Source: Malacoraja senta (taxonomy: Eukaryota). Taken from it: 64,000 nt of DNA. The translations under genes were made by a program, and so were the position numbers. The stretch covers positions 436,001-500,000 of the forward strand of contig CM075996.1 of NCBI GenBank assembly GCA_038087875.1, read 5' to 3'. The notes under the pieces are model-generated. The model ran no database searches. It was not told where the DNA came from and was given only the letters and a program-made list of their open reading frames with translations. Below, piece after piece: positions 1 to 12,405 of this stretch; within the stretch, counting starts at the first letter, position 1, and every line of letters begins with the position of its first letter.

Positions 1-1303
1 GTGGCGGGGGATCGCTAATAGATTATATCTTCATTAAGGGAATTGTAAAACCCGCTCGTGTTACACAGACGCATCCCACAGCCTTTAAACACTTGGTTCG
101 TCATAATCCTCAACCTAATTACTCAGCCTGCTCTAACATGAAACACGCCATTATCTCCGAATTGGTTAACTTTCAATTTTCGCGGAAGCTAATTTAGTTT
201 CTTAATTACTGTTTTCGATGAGTCGTAAGCATCCCTCTTCTTACCCAACCCTGACTCCTGACGTACATGTTTTACCGACCTGCGGTTTGGTGGCAGCTCA
301 GCGGAGGATGGAGGGAGATGGGGGAGATGGGGGCGGGGCGGAGGTGGTAGGTGACAGAGAAATTGTGTTTCTTATTTTCTTTTGGTGCTCTTGAAATTGA
401 ATTCTGTCCTTGATTTGTGTACTGTGGTGTTTTTATATTTAATTTATTCCGATTATGTGTTTTGTATTTTATTTTTTATTTTTGTATTTTTGTGATTCTA
501 TGCATTGTAAGGTGTCCTTGGGTTTTAGAAAGGCGCCAGTAAATAAAATGATGATTATTATTATTATTAGAGAGGGGACGCGGGTCAGGGAGGAAAGGAG
601 GGTGGCAGAGAGGGCAATGGAGCTAGGGGAGACTAGAAGGTAGAGAGGAGAGAGGAAAGTCGGACCAGGGGTCAGAGTTTTAGTTTGCGTAGTTCTTATT
701 GTCCCATGTACCGAGGTACAGTGAAAAGCTTTTGTGTTGCCTGCTATCCAGCCAGCGGAAAGACAACAAATGTCAAGTCAAGTCAATTTTATTTCTATAG
801 CTCATTTAAAAACAACTCTCGTTGACCAAAGTGCTTTACAATGGTGATTGTAATCGATCCATTTGCAGTGTGTAGAGACATGATGAGGGAATGACGTTTG
901 GTGCAAGGTAAAGCCAGCAAAGTCCGATCAAGGATAGTCCGAGGGTCACCAATGAGGTAGATAGTGGTTCAGCGCTGCTCTCTGGTTGTGGTGGGATGGT
1001 TCAGTTGCCTGACGACAGCTGGAGAGAAGTAGCTGGGTACAGGGTGAGGGGAGGGGGAGGTGGGGTTGTTGAAGGGGGACAGGGATGGGAGGGAAGGAAG
1101 GAAGGAGTGAGGTGGGACTCGGGTTGGGGGAAGTGACGGGGGAGTGGCAGCACGGGTGGCGCAGCGGTAGAGTTGCTGCCTCACGGCGCCAGAGGCCCGG
1201 GTTCCATCCTGACTGCGGGCGCTGCCTGTACGGAGTTTGTACGTTCTCCCCGTGACCACGTGGGTTTTCTCCGGGTGCTCCGGTTTCCCCCCACACTCCA
1301 CAG

Positions 1304-2530
1304 ACGGGAGGGGTCAGTAGGGGTGGGGTGGGCGGGTGAGGGGGAGGGTCTGATGGGGGTTGGGAGGGAGGGTTCTATGGGGGGGGTGTGGGAGGGAGGG
1401 GGGCAGGGGAGATGGGGCGTGGAGGAGAGATTTATGGGGTGTGGGCCGGGGATTCGATGGGAGGTGGGTGGGGGGAACGGGAGGGAATGGTGGGGTTTGG
1501 GTGGGAGGGTTCCATAGGTGGGTGGGGGAAGAGGTGGGAGTGGGAAATGGGGGGTGGGGGAGAGATTTACGGGGTGTGGGCACAGGATTCGATGGGTCCC
1601 TAGGGCGGGTGGGAAGGGGAGATGGGGGGGGCTGGGCATGGGGTTTCGGTAAGGGGTCGGGTGAGTGGGGGGGGTTTGATGGGGGGTGGGAGGGGGGGTT
1701 CGGTGGGGGGGTATGTGGGAAGGGGGGTGGGGGAGGGGGGGCTGGGCACGGGGTTTCGGTTGGGGGGGAGGAGGGAGGATTCTATGGGGGAGGCATGTGG
1801 GAAGGGGTGTGGGAGGGGGGCGGGGGGGAGGATTTGATGGGGGGTGGGAGGGATGGTTCGGAGGGGGGGGTGGGAGGGGGGACTGGGCACCGGTTTTCGG
1901 TGGGGGTCGGCGGGTGAGGGAGGGGGAGGGGGAAGGTGGGTGCGAGGGGGAGGGGGTGGTGGGGGGTGGGAGGGGTGATGGTTTGATGGGTGGTGGGGGG
2001 GTGGGAGGGGGAGGGTTTGATGGGGGGTTCGGTGGGGGATGTGGGGAAGGGGTGGGAGGGAGGGCTGGGCACGGGGTTTCGGTGGGGGGGCGGGTGAGGG
2101 GGTGGTTTGATGGGGGGTGGGAGGGGGAGGGGGGCTGGGCACGGGGTTACGGTGGGGGTCGGGTAGGTGAGGGAGGGGGATGGGGGGGGTGGGAGGGGGG
2201 AGGGGGAGATGGTGGGGTGGGAGGGGGAGGGGAGGTGGGGTGGGAGGGGGTGGGGGAGATGGGGAGGGGGAGGGGAGGGGGGGCTGGGCACGAGGTTTCG
2301 GTGTGGGGGGCAGGAGGGGGGCTGGGCAGTGTAGGGGGTGGGAGGGGGAGGGGGGCTGGGCAGTGGGGGGGGGGTGGGGGAGGGGGGCTGGGCAGGGTGG
2401 GAGGGGGAGGGGGGCTGGGCAGGGTGGGGGAGGGGACTGGGCAGTGTGGGGGGTGGGTGGGGGAGGGGGGCTGGGCAGTGTGGGGAGAGGGAGGGGGCGG
2501 GGGGCTGGGCAGTGTGTGTGGGGGGGGGGA
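1304..2530 (+). repeat. G-rich degenerate tandem repeat, G-quadruplex prone
   Basis: Continuous G3-G9 runs with recurring units GGGGGCTGGGCACGGGGTTTCGGTGGGGG, GATTTGATGGGGGGTGGGAGG and, near the 3' end, GGGGGCTGGGCAGTGTGGGG. Confidence 0.9.
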
Positions 2531-2612
2531 GGTTGTATGGCTGGTGTTTCGGAGCTGGGGGCTGCAGCCCCCCTGTGGTGACGGAGTCTCTCTCTCTCCC
2601 TGCCGTGCCCAG

Positions 2613-2772
2613 GTATGCGGATCCTGGTCAACCTGCTGCTCGACACACTCCCCATGCTGGGCAACGTCCTCCTGCTCTGCTTCTTTGTCTTCTTCATCTT
2701 CGGCATCATCGGTGTGCAGCTGTGGGCCGGACTCCTGCGCAACCGCTGCTACCTGGAGGAGAACCTCACCCT
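2613..2772 (+). CDS. CACNA1I: Internal exon of T-type voltage-gated Ca2+ channel alpha-1I (Cav3.3), domain I S4-S5 linker and S5
   Basis: Acceptor ctctccctgccgtgcccag at 2612 and donor gtgagt at 2773. 160 bp, phase 1 to phase 2. Translates [59 protein letters not shown] and FGIIGVQ match Cav3.3 better than Cav3.1/3.2 as I recall them. Confidence 0.95.
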
Positions 2773-2974
2773 GTGAGTCTTCCCCCCCCCCCAGCCCAGC
2801 CCAGCTCAACTCACCCCCCTCCCTCCACACCTCACTCTGTGAATGTTCAACCCCCCTACCCACACCTCACCCCCCCCCCCCCGCCACTACCCTTCTATCC
2901 ACTCCCATCAAGTGACAATGCTTATGCGGTCACTAGCAATGAGGTTCTCCCCCATCCTCGATGGGAAGAGAAGA

Positions 2975-3420
2975 ATCTTCTGAACCTTCTGAATTTGTAG
3001 TGGGCAGGGCAGTACTCTGCATATCGCCAACTTGGATGTGTTGTGCACACTAACGTGGTGTTAGTGCCCCTTTAAACCTGTCTAGTGAAGATGATTTGAC
3101 TATATTGTTGTCTAGTTTATTCCATTCCCTTAAAGTTCTTACAAAGAATGAGTTCTTGTAAATATCTGTCCTGGCGAATGCGGTTTCTATTTGCATTTTC
3201 ATTTCTCTTTCTTGTTCTCCTTTCTGTTGAGTACGTTATGTATCTATCTGCAGTTATGCCCACCATCCCCTTGTGAATCGTGTACAACACGGCTAGTCTG
3301 TTCCTTGCCCTTCTTGTTTCCAGCGATTCCCACTCCAGGTCGGACAGCATCTGGGTGACATTGCTACCTCTATTGTAGTTCCCGATGCAAACGCGGGCTG
3401 CTTTCCTCTGCACCCCATTG
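2975..3420 (-). mobile_element. Atypical CR1-group LINE 3' fragment
   Basis: VQRKAARVCIGNYNRGSNVTQMLSDLEWESLETRRARNRLAVLYTIHKGMV, then after a frameshift ARTDIYKNSFFVRTLKEWNKL. Confidence 0.75.
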
Positions 3421-5634
3421 TAGTTTGTTGATATGACCAGTCTTGTACGGGTCCCAGGCGCATGTAAGGGTCTAACCAATGCTGCGGTTTTCACTTCCAT
3501 TGGGCAGAATGTTCCATTAAAGAATGGGAGCTTTGAAAGTCATCAACGTCGTGAATAATTCATCAGATTGTGTGGCATCCCGAGTTGTGGAGTTAAATTA
3601 TTCAAACTTGTGTCAAATAATGACAAGCATCTTCACCGCCGTGGTGTTTGATGAAGGACGATCTCCTCCCCAGGGATCCGCCGGGCCAGCTCACACACTT
3701 GGACCCCGTATCCTCACTTTGAGAGACACAGCGCGGAAACAGGCCCATTCGGCCAAGCGAGTCCGTGCTGACCAGCGATCCCCGCACATTAACATTATCC
3801 TACACACACGAGGGACAATTTCTACGCTGGCCAAGCCAATTTACCTGCACACCTGTACGTCTTTGGAGTACCCTTCTACTCATATTGAGATTCATTATCT
3901 ACCCCCCTCCCCCCCCCCAGTCTCCAACTTCACACAGCACAGAAACCGGCCCTTCGGCCCAACTTGCCCATACCGGCCAAGGTGCCCCATCCACACATTA
4001 GTCGCACCAGCCCGGCGTTTGGCCCACATCCCTCTAAATCTTTCCTAGCCATCATGTACCTGTCCAAATGTCTTTTAAACTGTAGAAGCAAAGAACTGCA
4101 GATGCTAATTTATACCAAAGATAGACACATAAAGTGCTGGAGTAACTCAGCGGGTTCTGTCAGCATCCTTGGAGAAAATGGATGGATGATTGGGTCTGAA
4201 GAAGGGTCCCAAACCAAAATGTCACTTATCCTTTTTCAGCCAGGGATGCTGCCTGACCTGCTGAGTTATTCCAGCACTTTGTGTCTATCAAGTATCTTTT
4301 AAATTGTGTTACAGTACCTGTCCCAACTGCAGCTCGTTCCATATACCCACCACCACTGTATGAAGAAACTGCCCCTCAAGTTCCTGTTAAATCTTCTCCA
4401 TCTAACCTTAAACCTACATCCTCTGGTTCTTGAACCCCCAACTCTGGGTTAAAGACTCTCTGCATCTCCCCTATCTATTCCCCTCATGACCTTTTTATAC
4501 ACCTCTATAAGATCACAATAGACAATAGACAATAGGTGCAGGAGTAGGCCATTCGGCCCTTCGAGCCAGCACCGCTATTCAATATGATCATGGCTGATCA
4601 TCCCCAATCAGTACCCCGTTCCTGCCTTCTCCCCATATCCCCTGACTCCGCTATCTTTAAGAGCCCTATCTAGCTCTCTCTTGAAAGTATCCAGAGGACC
4701 TGCCTCCACCGCCCTCTGAGGCAGAGAATTCCACAGACTCCCTGGACTAGAGGGTGTGAGCTATAGGCAGAGGTTGAGTAGGCTGGGACTCGATTTCTTG
4801 AGCGCAGAAGGTTGAGGGGAGATCTTATAGAGGTGTATAAGATTATGAGAGGAATAGATCGGGTAGATGCACAGAGTCTCTTGCCAAGAGTAGGTGAATC
4901 GAGGACCAGAGGACATAGGTTTAAGATGAAGGGGAAAAGAATGGAAAGGAAAATGAGGGGTAACTTTTTCACACAAAGGGTGGTGGGTGTATGGCACAAG
5001 CTGCCAGAGGAGGTAGTTGAGGCTGGGACTATCCCAATGTTTAAGAAGCAGTTAGACATGTACATGGATATGACAGGTTTGTAGGGATATGGACCAAACG
5101 CGGGCAGGTGGGACTAGTGTAGCTGGGACATGTTGGCCGGTGTGGGCAAGCTGGGCTGAAGGGCCTGTTTCCACGCTGTATCGCTCTATGACTCTATGAT
5201 CTTGCGTTCCAAGGAATAGAGTCCGAGCCTGCCCGACCTCAGGCCCTCAAGTCCCGGCATCTCTCTCATTCCTTCCACACCTCGCCACATCCCTCAGTCC
5301 CGCAGCCTGGTTCAATGGATCAACAGGGTGACAGAGTGGGAGCGTTGCTGCCTTACTATGCCAGAGTACCGGGTTCAATCCTGACCTTGGGTGCTGTCTG
5401 TGTGGAGTTTGTACAATCTCCCCGTGACTGCGTGGGTTTTCCCCGGGTGCTCTGGTTTCTATCGACATTGCAAAGATTTGTAGGTTAATTGGCTTCCATA
5501 AATTGTCCCTAGTGCTTCCGATGGAACTAGTGTAAGGGGTGATCAATGGTCAGTGCGGGCTGAAGGGCCTGTTTCCACACCGTATCTCTGAAACTCCTCT
5601 CACTCACCAATAGGGCCGATTGTGTAGGCCAAGC

Positions 5635-6610
5635 TCTCAGCCCAGCCTCACTACTACACAGGCCCAGCCTCACTACTACGCAGGCCCCAGCTTCACAACC
5701 ATACAGGCCCCAGCTTCACAACTATACAGGCCGCAGCCTCACTATTACGCAGGCCCCAGCCTCACTACTACGCAGGCCCCAGCTTCACAACCATAGAGGC
5801 CCCAGCTTCACAACCATACAGGCCCCAGCTTCACAACTATACAGGCCGCAGCCTCACTATTACGCAGGCCCCAGCCTCACTATTACGCAGGCCCCAGCCT
5901 CACAACTGCGCAGGCCCCAGCCTCACAACTACACAGGCCCAGCCTCACTACCACACAGGCCCCAGCTTCACAACTATACAGGCCCCAGCCTCACTATTAC
6001 GCAGGCCCCAGCCTCACTACTACGCAGGCCCCAGCTTCACAACCATAGAGGCCCCAGCTTCACAACCATACAGGCCCCAGCTTCACAACTATACAGGCCG
6101 CAGCCTCACTATTACGCAGGCCCCAGCCTCACTATTACGCAGGCCCCAGCCTCACAACTGCGCAGGCCCCAGCCTCACAACTACACAGGCCCAGCCTCAC
6201 TACCACACAGGCCCCAGCTTCACAACTATACAGGCCCCAGCCTCACTATTACGCAGGCCCCAGCCTCACAACTACGCAGGCCCCAGTCTCACAACTACAC
6301 AGGCCCAGCCTCACTACCACACAGGCCCCAGCCTCACAACTACGCAGGCCCCAGCCTCACAACTACACAGGCCCAGCCTCACTACCACACAGGCCCCAGC
6401 TTCACAACTATACAGGCCGCAGCCTCACTATTACGCAGGCGCCAGCCTCTCTACTACAGAGGCCCAGCCTCATAACTACATAGACCCACCCTCACGACTA
6501 TAGGCCCCAGCATCACCACTACACAGGCCCAGCCTCACCACTACACAGGCCCAGCCTCACCACTACACAGGCCCAGCCTCACTACTGCACAGGCCCCACT
6601 CTCACCACTT
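5635..6610 (+). repeat. Minisatellite, 22-23 bp unit CAGGCCCCAGCCTCACTACTACG
   Basis: About 40 tandem copies of CAGGCC(C)CAGC(C/T)TCAC(T/A)A(C/T)(T/C)A(C/T)(A/G). Confidence 0.95.
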
Positions 6611-6764
6611 CATGGGCCGCAGCATCTCTGTACAAGTCCCAACCCCTGCTATGAACACAACCAAGCCTGTGACACCTCTCCACCGGGCCCCCCTCCGACC
6701 CCCCCCCCCCCACTCCACAGGTGGACAACCCAGGCCTCCTCAGCCTGCTTCTGCTTGCCCACAG

Positions 6765-7080
6765 GTACAACGGCCTCGCCCTGCCTCAGTACTACCACCC
6801 CGGGAAGGACGACGAGACGCCCTTCATCTGCTCCCTGTCCGGAGACAACGGGATCATGGGGTGCCACGAGATCCCGGCGCTGAGGGACAACGGGCACGAC
6901 TGCTGCCTGGACAAGGACGATTATTACTACTACGCCGCGCTGGGCCAGGAGCTCAACGTCACGGGGGGCTGTGTCAACTGGAACCGCTACTACACTGCGT
7001 GCCAGACTGGAGACAAGAACCCCCACAAGGGAGCCATTAACTTCGACAACATTGGCTACGCCTGGATTGTGATCTTTCAG
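6765..7080 (+). CDS. CACNA1I: Next internal exon of Cav3.3, domain I extracellular S5-P loop
   Basis: Acceptor ctgcttgcccacag at 6764 and donor gtactc at 7081. 316 bp; the phase-2 start completes CT+G (Leu) from the previous exon. Translates YNGLALPQYYHPGKDDETPFICSLSGDNGIMGCHEIP...CVNWNRYY...NPHKGAINFDNIGYAWIVIFQ. Confidence 0.95.
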
Positions 7081-8189
7081 GTACTCCTGACCGATTGATC
7101 TGGCGAACTCATTGCATGAGTTTCATAGAAACATAGAAAATAGGTGCAGGAGGAGGCCATTCGGCCCTTCGAGCCAGCACCGCCATTCATTGTGATCATG
7201 GCTAATCATCCCCAATCAATAACCCGTGCCTGCCTTCTCCCCATATCCCTTGATCCCACTAGCCCCTAGAGCTCTATCTAATTCTCTCTTAAATCCATCC
7301 AGTGAAATCCATCTGGGTGAAAAACGTTTTTTCTCACCTCAGTCTTAAATGACCTCCCTTTATTCTAAGACTGTGGCACCTGGTCCTGGACTCGCCCAAC
7401 ATTGGGAACATTTTTCCTGCATCTAGCTTGTCCAGTGCTTTTATAATTTTATAAGTTTCTATAAGATTCCCCCTCATCCTTCTAAAGTCCAGTGAATACA
7501 AGCCTAGTCTTTTCAATCTTTCCTCATATGACAGTCTCATCACAGCAGGGCCCACATGTGGTATGTGTCAACAGCAGTCGGCTGCCCTGCACTGTGCCAC
7601 CTTCTCTGTTGTGAAACTTAGAAACATAGAAACATAGAAAATAGGTGCAGGAGTAGGCCCTTCGGCCCTGAGCCAGTAGGCCGAAGCCTTGCATGTTCTC
7701 CCTATGACCGCGTAGGTTTTCTCCAAGGGATCCGGTTTCCTCCCGCAAGCCAAAGACGTTCGGGTTTGTACAGCAGTCAATGGTCTTCTGTAGAAAGTGC
7801 TTCTAATGTTCAGGGAGTGGATGAGAGAGTGGGATAACATATCATTAATGTGAATGGATGATCGATGGTTGGTGTGGACTCGGTGGGGTAAAGGGCCTCT
7901 TTCCATGTTGTATCTCTAAACTAAACTAAACACGAATAGAGCGGGTGTGGAGAGGATGTTTCCACTAGTGGGAGAGTCTAGGACCAGAGGTCACAGCCTC
8001 AGAATTAAAGGACGTTCTTTTAGAAGGAGATGAGGAAGAATTTCTTTAGTCAGTGGGTGGTGAATCTGTGGAATTCGTTGCCACAGAAGGCTGTGGAGGC
8101 CAAGTCGATGGATATTTTTAAGGCAGAGACAGATAGATTCTTGATTAGTACGGATGTCAGGGGTTATGGGGGGAGAAGGCAGGAGGATA

Positions 8190-9130
8190 GAATAGAATGC
8201 TATTTATTGTCATTCAAACCTAGGCTTGAACGAAATATCATTACTACAGTTTTTTACATTACAAAAAAACCCAAGACCCACACTTAACACAGTTTACATA
8301 AACATCCATCACAGTGAGTCTACAACACCTCCTCACTGTGATGGAAGGCAAAGTCTTATCTCTTCCCTTTGTTCTTTACCCGCGGTCCAGCAGTCCAACT
8401 GCAGCGTCTAGGCGAACTTGGGCTCCGATGTTAAAGCCCCTGGCGGGCGATGGTAAGTCCTGTGGCCATTTAGCCACGTCGGGTGATGTTAGGCCCCGGC
8501 TCCGTGTCCGTTCAAGCAGTCCAACCCGCAGTCCAACTGCAGCGTCTAGGCGAACTGGGGCTCCGATGTTAGAGCCCCCGGCAGACGATGGTAAGTCCCG
8601 TGGCCGCTAACCCGCGCCGGGCGATGTTAGGCCTTGTTCCGTGTCCTTCAAACCTCGCGATTCCAGCGGGAGAAGTTGCCGTTGTGGGAGCTCCGAAAAG
8701 CCGTCTCCCACCAGGGACCTGGAGCTCCCGATGTTCCTGTCCACCGGGCCCGCAGCCGGAGCTTCCGAAACTCCAAAGTCGGGTCGCAGCCGAGCGCCAC
8801 CGCAGCTCTCCCCGCTCCAAAGCCGGGCAGCTCCGCGATGTCAGGTCCGCAGGCTCCGCGACTGGAGCCGTCAGGTTGGTCCCGGCCGGAGGCCGCCGCC
8901 AGCTCCACAATGTTAGGCCCAACGACATCGGAAACCCGACAGGGAAAAGGTCGGGTCCCCGTACAGGGAAGAGATTAACGGTTTCCCCAACATCCCCCCC
9001 TCCACCCCCCACATATACACAGCTAAAAAATAATAAAAACTAAGCTCAAGACATACATTTAACAAGACAAAAATTTTAAAAAAAGATGGACGACTGTAGT
9101 TGAGCCGCTGCCGTTAGGCACCGCCACTCC
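8190..9130 (-). mobile_element. Unclassified GC-rich non-autonomous retroelement
   Basis: Minus-strand 3' end GAATGACAATAAATAGCATTCTATTCTA. CpG-rich body with an internal direct repeat (8391-8490 vs 8529-8635). Interrupts a CR1 fragment that resumes at ~9134. Confidence 0.6.
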
Positions 9131-9789
9131 CACCATGGGGTTAGGAGGAAGAGATAGATCAGCCATGATTGAATGGCGGAGTAGACTAGATGGGGCCGAA
9201 TGGTCTAATTCTGTTCCTATCACTTATGAACATGAACGAGACTAAACTGCTGGAGGGAAATAAGTTGTGGGCAGTGGGATAGTTCTGCTGGGACCCACAT
9301 GGGCTGAATGGCCATTTTCTCAATGAATTAATGAATGTCGGAGCCCCTAAGGCAGTTTGTCGTTGTCTACAACCTCGCTCTGGCAGCTCCTGCGTCGGCA
9401 CTGGTGCTAAACTGTAACGGCCCTGCTGTTCCTTTGGATCGATCAACGACGTGGAGAGGGGGGGCGTGCTGCATGGGCAACAGCCTGTCCTCCATATGAC
9501 ATCGCCCCAGCCTTGCATCTGACCCACACATCACCTGCAAACTAGGATGCATCACCCATGGTCAGTCTTGACCGAAGGGGAGGGGGCCTACTATGAATGA
9601 ACGAATGTTTTATTGTGAATCACAGTGACAAATCACAGTGAACTTCTTTGGTTGTTCACCCAAGGTATACAAATAGTCGCCACGTAAAGAGTGCCGACGA
9701 AGTCACAAAATATCCCGTGCCAGGTTCCCCTTTGTTTACCCCCACCCCCTCACGGCGGTCCGCCCACGCCGGCTCCCCCTTCCTTCTTG

Positions 9790-9989
9790 NNNNNNNNNNN
9801 NNNNNNNNNNNNNNNNNNNNNNNNNNNNNNNNNNNNNNNNNNNNNNNNNNNNNNNNNNNNNNNNNNNNNNNNNNNNNNNNNNNNNNNNNNNNNNNNNNNN
9901 NNNNNNNNNNNNNNNNNNNNNNNNNNNNNNNNNNNNNNNNNNNNNNNNNNNNNNNNNNNNNNNNNNNNNNNNNNNNNNNNNNNNNNNNN
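9790..9989. other. Assembly gap (200 N)
   Basis: Run of exactly 200 N; the flanks belong to different repeat elements. Confidence 1.
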
Positions 9990-10609
9990 TATTCATGTCT
10001 TCCAGAGGTGCTGCTGGCCCTTCAGCCCACCGAGTCCGTGCCGACCCAGCGATCACCTCGTACACTCGCACTATCCTACACACTAGGGACAATGTACAAT
10101 TTCACCAAATCCAATTGACCTACAAACCTATATTTCTTTGGAACTACTAGAGAGACAGTTGACGGCACGGAGAGACGGCACCCGGGACAGGCTGGGTTAG
10201 CACCCCAGTCTGTGTCTTTCGTGAGAAAGTCACCCGACAAAGCTACGGAAAGGCCTAATGAACCACCGTGGCCTAAAAATCCATCAGGCGAGAATGAAAT
10301 GCTCGGAGAAGGAGAAAGAGGCGCAGCGCAGCGCACAGGCCTTGAACCTGTGAGGCAGCATCTGTGGAGAGAAGGAAATAGGTGAAGAAGGGTTTCGGCC
10401 CGAAATGTTGCCTATTTCCTTCGCTCCATAGATGCTGCCGCATCAGCTGAGTTTCTCCAGCATTTTGTCTACCTTCGATTTTCCAGCATCTGCAGTTCCT
10501 TCTTCGACATTTTGTCTACTCCTCTGCAAAATCTCCTCGACGATGACTAAAATGGCTTCTGAATGATTGCTTTCCCGACTATGTGAACTGTGATATTACA
10601 CCGGAGAGT

Positions 10610-10815
10610 TATGTTTAAGAAAGAACTGCAGATGCTAGAAAAATTAAAGGTAGACAAAAATGCTGGAGAAACTCAGCGGGTGAGGCAGCATCTGTGGAAG
10701 GAATAGGTGACATTTCTGTCTGAAGAAGGGTTTCGGCCCGAAACGTTGCCTATTTCCTTCGCTCCATAGATGCTGCCTCACCCGCTGAGTTTCTCCAGCA
10801 TTTTTGTCTTCCTTA
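10610..10815. mobile_element. Penelope-derived fold-back element, second subfamily (GGGTTTCGGCCC stem II, GUU triplet)
   Basis: Inverted arms around CTGAAGAAGGGTTTCGGCCCGAAACGTT at 10720-10747. Confidence 0.8.
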
Positions 10816-12405
10816 GTCATCCTCATCTCAGTTTATTTGGATGATCTATAAAGCTTCAGACGAGAAGTAGATGCAGACAGATACTTGGAGCGGTGGACGT
10901 TTGGAGTGGTTTAACCTTTCGAGTTAGTTTCACGGAGACTGTTTTCCAGACACCGGATCGTCTTTCCGATTTTTCCTCCATGGTGACCTTTCTTCAGTCC
11001 TTGTTTCCCTTCATCAGTGTCGTTGCCCCGTCCCTGCTCAATTAATTTGTGACCTCTGACAAGCGCAAGGTGAAGCATCTAGGCAGGCAGGCAGGCCGTC
11101 GAGTCGCCAAGCCGGAGCAGGCCATGGACAATGCAGGTAATTGAGATCAGTGTGCAACGTTTGGTGCAGATGTGGTGGGCTGAAGGGTCTGTGTTGGTGC
11201 CCTGCAACTTTCTGATTCTATGAGTCTCTCTGCCATTATTAATATTCTCTCACAAAGGGGGTGCCCAAAATTGCACGCAGAATTCAAAAGGCATCCTTCC
11301 GGGATCATTCTCAATATATTCTCTTTATCCTGTATCTGTACACCGTGGACGGCTTGATTTGAATCCGCTGACTGATTTGAATCCGCTGACTGACTAGCAC
11401 GCAACAAGAAAGCTTTTCACTGTACCTCAGTACATGTGACAATAAACTAAACTAAATTAAACTAAATATTGTACACTGAGGCCATTAGAAATCCCCAATT
11501 TTATATTTTCTGGGAATTCTGCCTCGCACTGTCAACGCTTTCCATTATCTTTGCATTGAAGTTATTCACTCCTTCGTTGCTTATTCTTACAAAATGTCCT
11601 CCTCATTCTTTTGCGGATTAAATTAGATCTATTATCTGTGCGCCCATTGGAACAACTCTCCTGAAATACTTCACAACTCTCAATCGTGTTTAGTTTTAGT
11701 TTAGTTTGGAGACACAGCACGGAAACAGGCCCTTCGGCCCACCGTGTCCGCGCCGACCAGCGATGCCCGCACATTAACGCTACCTTATCGTGTTCGGTGC
11801 TCTTTATTATCCGTGTAGCTGTATGGCGACCACACATTTCACTGTACCAATTGGTACACGTGACAAATAAATGTATCTTGTATCTTGTATCTTGTATCGT
11901 GTACCTGACGCACACTAGGGATCATTGTACAAATATACCGAGCCAATTAACGTACAGACGTCTTTGGAGTGTGGGAGGAAACCGGAGATCTCGGAGAAAA
12001 CCCACGCAGGTCACGGGGAAAAACATACAAACTCCGCACAGAAAGCACCCGCAGTCAGGATCGAACCCGGGTCTCTGGCGCTGTCAGGAAGTCGCTCTAC
12101 CACTGCGCTACCGTGGCTCCCGTATTCGCCAAACCCTCTTGCGTTTTAAGATTCTTTTATGATTATGATCATAGTTTGGCCCTTCTGTATCGACCAAGGA
12201 ACCAGCTCTGTTGAACCAAGGTGTATCCCTTTGAATCACATCCAATCCAACCCTTTGTTCAAACTTGAAAAAACTTAGAGATACACACAGCGCTGGAGTA
12301 ACTCAGCAAGTCAGACAGCATCTCTGGAGAAAAAGAATGGATGACGCTTCTGGGTTGGGACCCTTCTTCAAACTCCTTCTCCCTAGTTTAACTTTGAAAA
12401 ACCAC

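Noticed and set aside
1173..2600. Long Gly-rich and Pro-rich ORFs (up to 409 aa)
   Set aside because: By-products of the stop-free G-rich repeat. The real exon within the overlapping region is 2613-2772, in a different frame.
5635..6610. CRISPR-like array
   Set aside because: Head-to-tail units with no unique spacers and no cas genes, in a vertebrate intron.
6700..6764. Upstream acceptor at 6720 and the ORF start at 6721
   Set aside because: Using it adds 44 nt and shifts the frame. The 6764 acceptor gives the conserved protein.
10143..10355. Stop-free frame TTRETVDGTERRHPGQAG... just after the gap
   Set aside because: No recognisable homology and no convincing splice signals.
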